Assembly (NCBI GenBank): GCA_002269645.1 | Contig: NIVC01000800.1 | Span: forward strand, 254,710-318,709 | Length of the DNA stretch: 64,000 nucleotides | DNA from: Macrostomum lignano | Taxonomy: Eukaryota | Direction of reading: 5' to 3' | Shown: piece by piece, positions 27,301-40,145 of the stretch | Layout: every line of letters starts with the position of its first letter | How positions within the stretch are numbered: position 1 is the stretch's first letter | Translations under genes and position numbers: made by a program | The notes under the pieces: model-generated | What the model was told of the DNA's origin: nothing | Database searches by the model: none | Seen by the model: only the letters and a program-made list of their open reading frames with translations

Positions 27301-28606
27301 CGCCTATTCTGCTAATTTTCCTAGATGCATACATCCCAACTTTTGAAAAGTTCCTACAGCTTGAATCACACTCCAAACTGCCCAACAGGCATTTTTGGTG
27401 CTAATCTTTGGTGCCAAAACTATTTTCGTTTGGTCGCAAAGGCACTTGGGCTTATCTTTTTTCATAAGCTAAGGCTAAAGCCATACATGTCGATAACTAT
27501 ACTATAATGTAATGAAATTGAACTGGTTGAAATGAAGTTGAACTCATGTACTAATTATATCTGTACAGTTAAATATTTTATTTAAGTTGACTTCAGCGTC
27601 AGAATTCAGAATTTAAATAGCTAATAACAAATATAGCTACAACACCACCTCGGCTCAGTCTTTTATCTTTTATCTTTTTATATGATGCATATAACAATTG
27701 TGAGCTTAATATTGTCAATGTCATTAGTTGCATGGGAATTAGGACGCTTTTTGACAAGCAAACTCGGGCTCTTATCAACTATCTCCCCCCCTGCCCGAAT
27801 CTCTATTACCTACCCACGCAGATCCCTTTAGGGGGGGGGGTGATTTTCCCAAGTCCCCACCCCCATGCCCCCCCCTCCCAGGCAAATGCTTATCGGGAGC
27901 TCCAGTCAAGCAAGCGCCCATCGCTCTTCTTTTTCCTGTAAAACTATAAAATTTCCGTGTCACTTGCCAGCTTGGGTTCGGGACTCCGAGCCCCCGCAGT
28001 CCCACCCAGCCCGCTCAATTTTGCCCCCCCCGTCCCTTGTGTTTGTTCAGTTTATTCATCCTCTTTTTTCCTCACTTCATTTCAGTTCTTACTCTTAGAT
28101 TTATCAATAAGACTTGAAGTTTGTCCTCTCTTGCCGATGTGCCAAGTGGCCCCGTCTGGCCTCCGCCGAGTTTTTTATTTCATTCCCCGACTTGTCATTA
28201 AAAATCTTTAAAGCTATCTGTCTATGTCTAGGAACGGAGGCTGCTGTTTGGATAATAAAAAATTGGTTCTGGCCTCTGGCTGTACTGTATGCTCTATGCA
28301 ACTGGCTTCATAGATTGACATTATTGAGATTGGCACGGAATTTCTCTTATGAATTAACTGAAAACCACCTGACTGACCCAATTACTGTTTTGTTTGTTTA
28401 TAGCTTCATTTAATTTGCAGTAATTAAAGTATTTGAGCATTTTAGCTAGCTAACATTTAATTAGAAAAGATTAGGTCAGTAATTTTCTTCCGACGAAATT
28501 GCATTCATTTGTAGCATGTAAAAAGCAATGGGCCAATAACTTGTGAATTGTGATGCCTCCAATAGCCAAATTTTTGGCACTTGCGCAATCGCATTGGTAC
28601 TGTGTG

Positions 28607-28730
28607 TAGGGATGCCGAAATCCCGGAGTTTCGTGATCCCGGGATCTCGCAATTAATCCCGAAATTTTCTAACATCGCGGAAAAATCCCGGAGGTTAATC
28701 CCGGGATACCCCCGAAAAAGTCCCGGGATC
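28607..28730 (+). mobile_element. Probable relic of a DNA-transposon end (hAT-like)
   Basis: Begins tagggatg, followed by ~6 atcccgg(g)a subterminal-type motifs. No partner end found. Confidence 0.35.
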
Positions 28731-30495
28731 CTGGTGTTGTGACACCTAGACAGGTAGTATAGTACTGGTGTATGTGCGGTGCGAGTATCGAGTATGCTTT
28801 CTGACTGAGACAGAGTATGCTATAGTAAATAGATTAATAGATAACCAAACCAAGATAGTATTTACTACTATTTTATAGGCAATAGCACGGCTGGACATAT
28901 TGGTATTATGAAATTGTTTTTTTCATTTAAAGAAAGCAATCCATTATAATCAGCCGGTAGAGCAGAGCACACTAAAAATAAGTATTACTATCACTGTTAT
29001 GTGACCCCCATTTGTCCAGACAGCCAAACACTGACTAAATTAAAAAATCAATAAAATGAAGTTAAAGAATCAGACAAACCAGACACAGCCAGTGTGTACA
29101 AACGCGATGGGTAAAACCTTTAAAACCGCCCGTTCCATGCAGCCTGACTGAAAATCTTCAGTTCGTGCGCGAGGGAATAAGTGAGGAGATTCGCGGGTAA
29201 TAAAATTCCGGCACGGACCCAAATGCCGCGGCGGCCTACAGTTGTGCGAAGAATTTTCTAACTGGGAAGCCCCCCGCAGGTCCACCCAGCCCCCCCCCCC
29301 CGCCAAGAGGGGCTTTATGTGAGCCGAATTAGCAGGCGATGCAATAAAAATGGCGATTTGCGACGCGATTAGAAAGGACTACGGGCTACGGCAGAGTAAA
29401 TGAACGTGCTTTTGCTTTACTTTCTATGCGCCTTAGGGCTTAGGCCATTTGTATTGTGTTGGCTTAAAACGTGGGAATATCTTCTGGGTTGGCATTGAAT
29501 TTCGCAAGCCAAATACTTGAAATAAACAGGGGAATGGGATAAGATTCAAGAATTCAAGGAAGATTTTTAAGAAGATTATACACAATGCACAAGTATATTA
29601 TAATTAATTACAAACGCCATAGAAACAGGGCAAAAACAACAAAAGCTTCCTTCTATTTAAAAATAATTCTTGCCAATGCGGTGCCATGGTGATTGTATCT
29701 AATTCACATTACTTTACATCATACATGTCATTGCAGCGGCAAAAATCGGACTTACAATAAATATAACTAATGAGATTTGATCTATTGCATGCATGCAATG
29801 CAAACCATTCAATTTACCCAAACCTGACAGATTATACTGCTGGGACCGCTGGGCGCGGGTGGGTTGCGTGGGTAGACAGACACTAGACTAGGGCCAACAG
29901 GAACAGAGTAAACAGAATTATGCTTGTTTTATACACCAAACCGAACTCTAAATCTTTATGACGTCAAATATAAAACTAGAAAGAGTCCAGATCCCAAGGA
30001 TCCCAACCAACCCAAGTTCCAACAGACATTGGATGCATTGTAATCGTAATTGTAAACAAGCAGTCCAAGGACTCCGAGACTCCGACAAACTTGAGACTTG
30101 AATGAACACTGAACACAAAGACCAACAATTCGTAAAGCTTAAACATCCAAATTCCAAATCTCCCGTCCTAAAGCCCCACTGCCGATGACCTATTTTAAAA
30201 GGGGCGGCGGCGCTAAAAGGAGGAAGGAAAAGGGAAAAAACCTACTCGGAAAATGCACTAAAGAGACAGGAACAACAGAAACTTTGCCGAAACTTTGCTT
30301 GCTTGTGTGTCTCGAGTCTCGACTCTAGTGGCGTTTTTTTAAAATAAGAACTTATTACATCTAAGGTTGTTCCTTCAGCAAAGCACATTAGGAATTCGGA
30401 TCTTCACAATCACAACGTGAGATATTGAGAATTTAGTGCTAAAAAATATAAAAACCCCTTATCTCTCATTTTGCAATAAAAAGACTCAAAAGTGA

Positions 30496-30677
30496 CAGGG
30501 GCGTAGCCAAGGGGGGGGGGTCATGGGGGTCATGACCCCCCCCCCTAGCCGGCTGATCCAGGCTAAATTTTCAGGCCCCCTCCCCCGTCGCAGAGGCCTA
30601 GCACCCCTGCCCCGGTTACCGCTGTGAGCCTGTGACTGACTGTGACCCCCCCGAAAGAAATCCTGGCTACGCCACTG
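30496..30677. mobile_element. 182-bp MITE, hAT-like
   Basis: 14-bp TIRs caggggcgtagcca / tggctacgccactg (1 mismatch). Perfect 8-bp flanking direct repeat aaaagtga at 30488-30495 and 30678-30685. No ORF. Confidence 0.85.
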
Positions 30678-32361
30678 AAAAGTGAACACCCTTCCTTCCA
30701 TGTGAAATTTTCACAATCTGCGAGTGCAGCGTTTTTCAGCTTGAGTTATCCATGTTCTATAAAAATACAACACGGCAAATTTTCAATGAATTTAAAAGTA
30801 TAAAGGACAATCAATAAGATGTGCAAGTGCAACGTGCAAGTGCGTGGTGCAAAAATACCGGTTCGACTGTCTGAGTCTGACTCTGACTGACTATCTGTAT
30901 CTCTGCCTTGTACTGTATCAAATGAAATGAATGCTATAGCAAACAAAGCAAATCAAACACAATTTCAACAACAGCAGCGCAGCAGCTATTGTAGCCTACA
31001 GGCGCCTCACCTCACAAAGCCAAGTTGTGGTGCTCCAATACAATACAATCAATAATAATCCAATTCCAAACCCATTTGTAAGTTGTAACTGAGGTAATGA
31101 ATCTCCATTGTAGTTTGTAGATAGTGGCAATATCAATTTATTAGCTAATATCAATATATTCGATTCGATACGTATGCGGCATAACATGACTAAGCACAAG
31201 TATAATCCCCTTTTCGCCAGCATTTACGTAATTAATGGTAACTAAAGTAACAAGCATCAGATTTCTAATTATTGTGGCACTGAATTTTGGGACACATTCG
31301 CCAGGGGTGGCTTCGTCCATAGATATAAAAAGTAAGCCCTACAAAAAGGTGGCAACGCAAGCGAAGCAAGCCTTCTATTGCAATGAGAGTGGGTTGACTA
31401 CTAGCAGGGGAGGGGAGCTGGGGAAGCTTCTCTCACCAGTGGAACCCTTTAAATGTCTCTCCTACTCCTCTAGTGGTGCAGGAGGGTCTGGGGAAGGGAT
31501 GGCGGATATGCTTGCAAAGCAAGCAAGCTGTTAACGCAAAAATTAAAGGGGCAGCCGCGTGAGCGCGCATGCTAACTATTTGTTGGGTTAGCCAGCCAAT
31601 GAGAAGCCTCCTACGATTCTCCACAGTCGGGCAGGCACCTCATTTGCCTATGTTATCAGACTAGACTTGATCCAACACTTGCCTCTCGCTTGGTTCAACT
31701 GGCTCTTATTTTTACAATACATAGACTGGGCTTGCGTGACTCTGTCTTCTTGAACTGAAGTCTGATCTACTAAGCAACTCCATTCCCTTTCATTTTTTCT
31801 ATTTTTCTCTTTACTACCCAATCTGAAGATTCTGGAGATTCTCAATTTCTCTTTGCTAACCGAGTCTGCGAATCAATACAATCCAAAACTTGCCTATTCG
31901 CGTATTATTATAACTGTCGTTCGATCACCTGACACCTAGGCTTTGCTTTGGCATCGTTGCTTACCGTAACATTTATTAATCCAATGAAATAGAGTCGGTG
32001 AGTACTTACTTCCTCTAATTTTTCTAAAAGACTGAATGCTTCTTTCGGGATTTCTTTCTTGGTTTGTTGTTTGTTGCTTTCTTCGTCTTGGCCTGGGGGA
32101 CACTTCTAATGTAATGGGGCTAATGTCTAATGAGCGGACTGCAACTCCAACATTAGCATCTGACTTCATCTGATCTAATACGTATTTATAAAACTTTATA
32201 ATAATAGCTGCTAACGGTTTCTATTATAGCTTGCATACTAGCAATCTTCGCCCCCCGATGGGGGACATCTAAATAGAATATCTGTTCTCTAAAAGTAACA
32301 AAAAGACAGCGAAATAAAGCTTTCACAAAGACAACAGACATTCCATCTGTAAAAAAAAATA

Positions 32362-32945
32362 CCCAGACAGCATGCAAGCATCTCCCAGATAGCATGCAAG
32401 CATCTCCCAGATAGCATGCAAGCATCTCCCAGATAGCATGCAAGCATCTCCCAGATAGCATGCAAGCATCTCCCAGATAGCATGCAAGCATCTCCCAGAC
32501 AGCATGCAAGCATCTCCCAGATAGCATGCAAGCATCTCCCAGATAGCAAGCATCTCCCAGATAGCAAGCATCCCCCAAATAGCAAGAATCCCCCAGATAG
32601 CAAGCATACCCAGACAGCATGCAAGCATCTCCCAGATAACAAGAATCCCCCAGATAGCAAGCATCCCCAGACAGCATGCAAGCATCCCCAGACAGCATGC
32701 AACCATCCCCCAGATAGCAAGCATTCCTGGATACAAAGAATCCTTATAGATAGCTAGCAACCCCCTCTCAGATAGCAAGTACCCTCCACTCCCCAAGAGC
32801 AAGCATCCCCCAATAGCAAGTTACCCCAGATAGCAAGCATTCTTCCGATAGCAAGCATCCCTCCCCCCAATAGCAAGCATCACTCAGATAGCAAGCATCC
32901 CCCTGATAGCAAGTATCCATCCTTAAATAGCAAGCATCCACCAGA
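32362..32945. repeat. 22/18-bp minisatellite atagcatgcaagcatctcccag
   Basis: Direct reading; degenerates rightwards. Confidence 0.93.
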
Positions 32946-32999
32946 CATCAAGTAGCTAGTGCAATAATTTCCTTAGCTTTATAGTGGCTCCATTTTGTT

Positions 33000-35900
33000 T
33001 GGCATGACACTTCTTTTTATGTTTGACATGGTGGCTCTTCTATGTTTGACATGGACACATGGTGTCTCTTCTATGTTTGACATGGTGGCTCTTCTATGTT
33101 TGACATGGTAGCTCTTTAATGTTTGACATGGAGTCACGTATATGTTTGACATAGTGGCTCTTTAATGATTAACATCGTGGTTCTTTAATGTTTGACATGG
33201 TGGCTCTTTAATGTTTGACATGGTGTCTCTGTTATGTTTGACATGGTGGCTCAGTTGTTCGACATGGTGTCTCTTCTATGTTTGACATGGTGGCTCTTTT
33301 GTGTTTGACATAGTGGCTCTTTAATGTTTGACATGGTGGCTCTTCTATGTTTGACATGGTAGCACTTTAATCTTCGACATGGTGGCTCTTTAATTTTTGA
33401 CATTGTGGCTCTTTAATGTTTGATATGGTGGATCTATTATGTTTGACATGGTGGCTCTTTAATTTTTGACATTGTGGCCCTTTAATGTTTGATATGGTGG
33501 CTCTTTTATGTTTGACATGGTGGCTCTTTAATGTTTGACATGGAGTAATGTATATGCTTGACGTGGTGGTTCTTTTATGGTTGACATGGTGGCTTTTTTA
33601 TGTTCGACATGGTGGCTCTTTTATGTTTGGCATGGTGGCTCTTTTATGTTCGACATGGTGGCTCAATAATGTTTGACATGGTGGCTCTTTTATGTTCGAC
33701 ATGGTGGCTCTTTTATGTTTGGCATGGTGGCTCTTTAATGTCTGACATGGTGGCTCAATAATGTTCGACATGGTGGCTCTTTTATGTTTGACATGCTGGC
33801 TCTTTAATGTTTGACATGGTGGCTCTTTAATGTTTGGCATGGTGGCTCTTTAATGTTTGACATGGTGGCTCTTTTATGTTTGACATGGAGTAATGTATAT
33901 GCTTGACGTGGTGGTTCTTTTATGGTTGACATGGTGGCTCTTTTATGTTCGACATGGTGGCTCTTTTATGTTTGGCATGGTGGCTCTTTAATGTTTGGCA
34001 TGGTGGCTCTTTAATGTTTGACTTGGTGGCTCTTTAATATTTGACATGGTGGCCCTTTTATGTTCGACATGGTGGCTCTTCAATGTTTGACATGGTACCT
34101 CTTTTATGTTCGACATAGTGGCTCTTTAATGTTTTACATGGTGGCTCTTTAATGTTTGGCATGGTGGCTCTTTAATGTTTGACATGGTGGCTCTTTTATG
34201 TTTGACATGGAGTAATGTATATGCTTGACGTGGTGGTTCTTTTATGGTTGACATGGTGGCTCTTTTATGTTCGACATGGTGGCTCTTTTATGTTTGGCAT
34301 GGTGGCTCTTTAATGTTTGGCATGGTGGCTCTTTAATGTTTGACTTGGTGGCTCTTTAATATTTGACATGGTGGCCCTTTTATGTTCGACATGGTGGCTC
34401 TTCAATGTTTGACATGGTACCTCTTTTATGTTCGACATAGTGGCTCTTTAATGTTTTACATGGTGGCTCTTTAATGTTTGACATGGTGACTCTTTTATGT
34501 TCTTCATGGTAGATCTTTTATGTTTGACATGGTGGCTCTTTAATGTTCGACATGGTGGCTCTTTAATGTTTGACATGGTGGCTCTTTACTTTTCGAAATG
34601 GTGGCTCTGTTTTATGTTTGACATGGTGGCTCTTTAATGTTCGACATAGTGGCTCTTTAATGTTTTTATTGGTGTCTGTTTTATGTTTGACATGGTGGCT
34701 CTTTAATGTTCGACATGGTGGCTCTTTAATGTTTGACATGGTAGTTCTTTTATGTTTGATATGGTGGCTCTTTTATGTTCGACATGGTGGCTCTTTAATG
34801 TTTGACATGGTGGCTCTTTTAGGTTTGAAATGGTGGCTCTTTTGTGTTTGACATTGTGGCTCTTTAATGTTTGACATGGTGGCTCTTCTATGTTTGACAT
34901 GGTAGCACTTTAATCTTCGACATGGTGGCTCTTTAATTTTTTACATTGTGGCTCTTTAATGTTTGATATGGTGGCTCTTTTATGTTTGACATTGTGGCTC
35001 TTTAATGTTTGACATGGAGTAATGTATATGCTTGACGTGGTGGTTCTTTTATGGTTGACATGGTGGCTTTTTTATGTTTGACATGGCGGCTCTTTTATGT
35101 TTGGCATGGTGGCTCTTTTATGTTCGACATGGTGGCTCAATAATGTTCGACATGGTGGCTCTTTTATGTTTGACATGGTGGCTCTTTAATGTTCGACATG
35201 GTGGCTCTTTTATGTTTGGCATGGTGGCTCTTTAATGTCTGACATGGTGGCTCAATAATGTTCGACATGGTGGCTCTTTTATGTTTGACATGCTAGCTCT
35301 TTAGTGTTTGACATGCTGGCTCTTTAATGTTTGACATGGTGGCTCTTTAATGTTTGGCATGGTGGATCTTTAATGTTTGACATGGAGTAATGTATATGCT
35401 TGACGTGGTGGCTCTTCTATGTTTGACATGGACACATGGTGTCTCTTCTATGTTTGACATGGTGGCTCTTTAATGTTTGACATGGAGTAATGTATATGCT
35501 TGACGTGGTGGTTCTTTTATGGTTGACATGGTGGCTTTTTTATGTTTGACATGGCGGCTCTTTTATGTTTGGCATGGTGGCTCTTTTATGTTCGACATGG
35601 TGGCTCAATAATGTTCGACATGGTGGCTCTTTTATGTTTGACATGGTGGCTCTTTTATGTTCAACATGGTGGCTCTTTTATGTTTGGCATGGTGGCTCTT
35701 TAATGTCTGACATGGTGGCTCAATAATGTTCGACATGGTGGCTCTTTTATGTTTGACATGCTGGCTCTTTAATGTTTGACATGGTGGCTCTTTAATGTTT
35801 GACATGGTGGCTCTTTAATGTTTGGCATGGTGGCTCTTTAATGTTTGACATGGTGGCTCTTTTATGTTTGACATGGAGTAATGTATATGCTTGACGTGGT

Positions 35901-37180
35901 GGTTCTTTTATGGTTGACATGGTGGCTCTTTAATATTTGACATGGTGGCCCTTTTATGTTCGACATGGTGGCTCTTCAATGTTTGACATGGTACCTCTTT
36001 TATGTTCGACATAGTGGCTCTTTAATGTTTTACATGGTGGCTCTTTAATGTTTGACATGGTGACTCTTTTATGTTCTTCATGGTAGATCTTTTATGTTTT
36101 GACATGGTGGCTCTTTAATGTTCGACATGGTGGCTCTTTAATGTTTGACATGGTGGCTCTTTACTTTTCGAAATGGTGGCTCTGTTTTATGTTTGACATG
36201 GTGGCTCTTTAATGTTCGACATAGTGGCTCTTTAATGTTTTTATTGGTGTCTGTTTTATGTTTGACATGGTGGCTCTTTAATGTTCGACATGGTGGCTCT
36301 TTAATGTTTGACATGGTAGTTCTTTTATGTTTGATATGGTGGCTCTTTTATGTTCGACATGGTGGCTCTTTAATGTTTGACATGGTGGCTCTTTTAGGTT
36401 TGAAATGGTGGCTCTTTTGTGTTTGACATTGTGGCTCTTTAATGTTTGACATGGTGGCTCTTCTATGTTTGACATGGTAGCACTTTAATCTTCGACATGG
36501 TGGCTCTTTAATTTTTGACATTGTGGCTCTTTAATGTTTGATATGGTGGCTCTTTTATGTTTGACATTGTGGCTCTTTAATGTTTGATATGGTGGTTCTT
36601 TTATGGTTGACATGGTGGCTTTTTTATGTTTGACATGGCGGCTCTTTTATGTTTGGCATGGTGGCTCTTTTATGTTCGACATGGTGGCTCAATGATGTTC
36701 GACATTGTGGCTCTTTTATGTTTGACATGGTGGCTCTTTAATGTTCGACATGGTGGCTCTTTAATGTTTGACATGGTGGCTCTTTTAGGTTTGAAATGGT
36801 GGCTCTTTTGTGTTTGACATTGTGGCTCTTTAATGTTTGACATGGTGGCTCTTCTATGTTTGACACGGTAGCACTTTAATCTTCGACATGGTGGCTCTTT
36901 AATTTTTGACATTGTGGCTCTTTAATGTTTGATATGGTGGCTCTTTTATGTTTGACATTGTGGCTCTTTAATGTTTGATATGGTGGTTCTTTTATGGTTG
37001 ACATGGTGGCTTTTTTATGTTTGACATGGCGGCTCTTTTATGTTTGGCATGGTGGCTCTTTTATGTTCGACATGGTGGCTCAATGATGTTCGACATTGTG
37101 GCTCTTTTATGTTTGACATGGTGGCTCTTTAATGTTCGACATGGTGGCTCTTGTATGTTTGACATTGCGCTTCTTGTATG
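33000..37180. repeat. 23-bp minisatellite atgtttgacatggtggctcttta, ~4.2 kb, with higher-order duplication
   Basis: Period measured from 36721 to 36744. Identical 93-aa pseudo-ORFs at 34570 and 36145. Confidence 0.98.
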
Positions 37181-37227
37181 TTTAGCAGTTTTTTGTTTTT
37201 AAGGTGTTTTAATAAAAAAATCATTTT

Positions 37228-37296
37228 GCGCTACCAAGATTCGAACCCAGGTCGCTACATTAGCAGTCCAGTCTGTTCGCATCTAGGCTATCTTTT
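37228..37296 (-). pseudogene. Degenerate tRNA-like sequence / tRNA-derived SINE head
   Basis: Minus strand tagcctagatgcg (A-box-like) ... ggactgctaat (Ser-GCT-like loop) ... gggttcgaatc (B box/T loop). The acceptor stem does not pair. Confidence 0.45.
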
Positions 37297-37654
37297 TTCA
37301 ATTGGAGCACATGAATTGTGGCCCTTATAATTCAATTCTTACAGCAAGTCGGTTAGAGTAAAAATTTATGACATAATCAATTTCTCAGTCAGCCAGTATC
37401 AGTCTCAGTTCAAGTTAGCAATATTGTTACGCAATTTTAATCAAGTCTTGTGTGCGTTTCTGTGGCACGGTTTTCACCTTGTTGTGATGCAATCTGTATC
37501 ACAATCGGAATTCAGTCAGTCAGTTTTTTCCCTAGCATTCTTACAATGCATTTCAAGTCGAAATTTTTGCTTGACCTTTGCAAAAAAGCATGTTTTTCGA
37601 ATATTTAATCCCTTTAAAATTGAGCAATTTCTTAGCCAAGATGCATGTACCGTC

Positions 37655-37770
37655 CCAGGAAAATTTCTGATCGAATGGTGCAAGTTTGAAGAAAATCGGT
37701 TAAGCCATTTTTTCCGAAATCTATCGCATACCTACCCACATACAGACAACTCATTTTTAGTATATAGGAT
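37655..37770 (+). mobile_element. Possible non-autonomous Helitron/Helentron-associated (DINE-1/HINE-like) 3' portion
   Basis: aagtttgaagaaaatcggttaagcc...catacagacaa...tttagtatataggat resembles the generic end pattern of such elements. Recognised from memory only. Confidence 0.35.
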
Positions 37771-38777
37771 ATAAGGCTCTATGCCCTAGGCTAGTCTCGC
37801 TATTTAAGTTTTGATGAACTGAAACGAGCAAAATTCTAGTGTATAAGTTGTATAAACTACGTTGAATTTGCAAATACGCAAATGTACCTTGTGTTGAATA
37901 AATGATACAAGAATTAAAATGATTTTTTAGGCCTGCCAGTAGGCACTAGAGACGGGTACTGGTTTGAATTTGATTTGAACTGGGCAAATGCAATGCAACA
38001 TAGGGATCCTAGGGACGGTCTGTCCTCCACGAGAAAAATCGTAGAATATCATAAAATTCATAAAGATTCATAATCGAGAATTGCGCCGCTATCAGGGTAA
38101 GAACTCAAGAAGCCGGGCCGTGGTGTACATTAAAAGATAAAAAATATAACGAAGGGATTTGTAGCCAAAGGCAAAGCTATCCAATGTCCAGTCCAGCTGA
38201 TTTAGGAGCAGGACTGATAATTGCGAGAGGACAGGCAGATAAGAATTACTTTAATAGAAATCGCATCGCACAAATCACAGAATCGATATCGATTATTAAT
38301 TTCAATCCTAATTGCCCGGTTGCCCCGGTTCTCGATTGTTAGTGTATATGAATGAATTGATAATTGATTAATTCTCAGCTTCAATTAATTAATTAAGTTG
38401 AGTCTGAAAGGAGAGAATCGTATTCCCTGACCCTGTATCCTACTCTACTCCATTACTAACAGGCTAGAGTAAGAGGTTGCAAATAAAAGCAATTTCCGCC
38501 TTTCTTGAGGTTGGTTTGATTTAGTTTAGGTACAGCGCAAGCCGCGCTTTGTGGGGTTTGGAACCCCCCAACCGAAAAGCATTGCCTTGCTAATGGTGGG
38601 TCCGCGGGGCTGGGGGGGGCTTTAGAGTGTGAACTGTGAAGTCTGGGGGAGACCACCACCCCCTTCTCGCTCAGCTGACTGACTGTCTGCGCTTTAGACA
38701 GGCGCAATGTAATGTGTAAAGCTCTCCTGCCGGGACTGGAGGGGGTGGTGGGCCGGTCAGCCTTAGTCCACGCTTGG

Positions 38778-38802
38778 ATTGGTCGACTAAGCAGCCAATT
38801 GG
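38778..38802. promoter_or_regulatory. Putative promoter of paralog 2: opposed CCAAT boxes
   Basis: ATTGG-N12-CCAAT(TGG) ~260 bp upstream of the ATG, in unique GC-richer sequence. Confidence 0.35.
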
Positions 38803-39055
38803 CGTGCGGGGTTTTCTAGGGCTTCCCCCAATTCCATTCAGTGTGTGTGTGCAAAGGAGGCCCCCCTTCGTTGTTTAATGGGGATGGCTGGCTCCCCAAC
38901 CCTCAAGGCGCTTTATTACGGCATGCTATTATGGCTTACTCCACCTGGCTGTAGAATTGATTAATCTAACCCTATTTCCCCCCACTGTATATTATAGCAT
39001 CCTTACACCGAAGCCGCGAAATCAGTGAATCTCTTCCAACTACCATGCCAATGGA

Positions 39056-39454
39056 ATGTCGTCCGTTGAACAATTAACAACTATCGACAGAGCTATCGTC
39101 GAACCCAATCCGTCCGGGACGACCGCGTCAGACTCGTTTTCAAATTGGGACCTACTAGGCGACCTAATGATCGACTTAGGCGGCGGCAACACCGGCCCGG
39201 CGGACCAGGGGCCGCTGAAGATGCAGAATAGTTCCGCCTCGGAGAATCTGGCCCCGGCAACAAAGCCGGACTCTGACAAAGGCCTCGTTTTAAAGATGAA
39301 AATCAAGCGCAAATCTAAGAATGAAGAGAAGCACGAAATTGTCACGCCAGATATGGAGAAATACCGATTATTGTCAGCGCCATCTGTCAAGCTGGAAGAA
39401 GCAGACTCATCCGCTACTCATGCTCCCGCGGCTAAGAAGTCTCGGCCAGATAAG
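39056..39454 (+). CDS. ZNF608: ZNF608/ZNF609/brakeless-like paralog 2, exon 1
   Basis: Encodes NWDLLGDLMIDL (family N-terminal W..GNLIIDL-type motif) and KGLVLKMKIKRK...EKHEIV. Strong donor AAG|gtaagc, phase 0. Confidence 0.88.
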
Positions 39455-39864
39455 GTAAGCCTCATTTTGCTGCATTTAGTTTCAGTTCCGGGGCGTCTTT
39501 GTTCTGTTGCCTCTTTATTAGTTGCACAGAAAACCACGGCAAGCTTGGAACTGCTACTGAATTTTTGTTTAATTTCTCTGTTTGTTAGTTTTTTAGCAGG
39601 CTGTAGCCAGTCTATTAAACTGAGGCAGGCTTGGAACAAAGCAACCCCCCCCCCTGAAATATTATTCTCTGCCACTCATGCAGTAAAGTGCACTCGCAAT
39701 TCTCAACTAACCATCAGATTAAAACCTGACTGAAAAAATGGCCTACTCAGCATCTTTTTTTTGCTAACTAATTTTTTAAGAAATACCGTCAGTGACGGAA
39801 CCGACCTGTATGCTGGCAGCACTGCTGCTTTCCTGGGATATCTTGCTCTAGTTCTGCCTAAACT

Positions 39865-40020
39865 TCTTTCTTAAAATTACCGACATCCAATGACATCATA
39901 TCCTAACGTTTCTTAGAATTACACACTGACCTTCAATGACCTTATATCTTTGCGCTTCTTAGAATTACTGAACTTTATTGACTCTTAACTTATTTTTCTT
40001 AGAATAACTGAACTTTAATG
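39865..40020. repeat. Degenerate ~43-bp repeat x4 in paralog 2 intron
   Basis: ttcttagaattac...tgaa/cc...aatgac recurs four times. Confidence 0.6.
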
Positions 40021-40145
40021 AAGGGCGACCAAAGATCCCTTAACCGACCAGTGACTTGACTTACTTAAAAAAAAAAAAATCACAATACGCCATTAGTTAA
40101 CTCCATTAACAAATCCCAAACCCTTATCAAACACATCCCATCCAG

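Noticed and set aside
31235-31534. 99-aa plus-strand ORF with a hydrophobic start
   Set aside because: Short, no recognisable family, expected by chance.
39455-39733. Extension of the 39056 ORF to 225 aa
   Set aside because: Read-through of a strong gtaagc donor into AT-rich intron; splicing to 40146 joins the conserved domain in frame.
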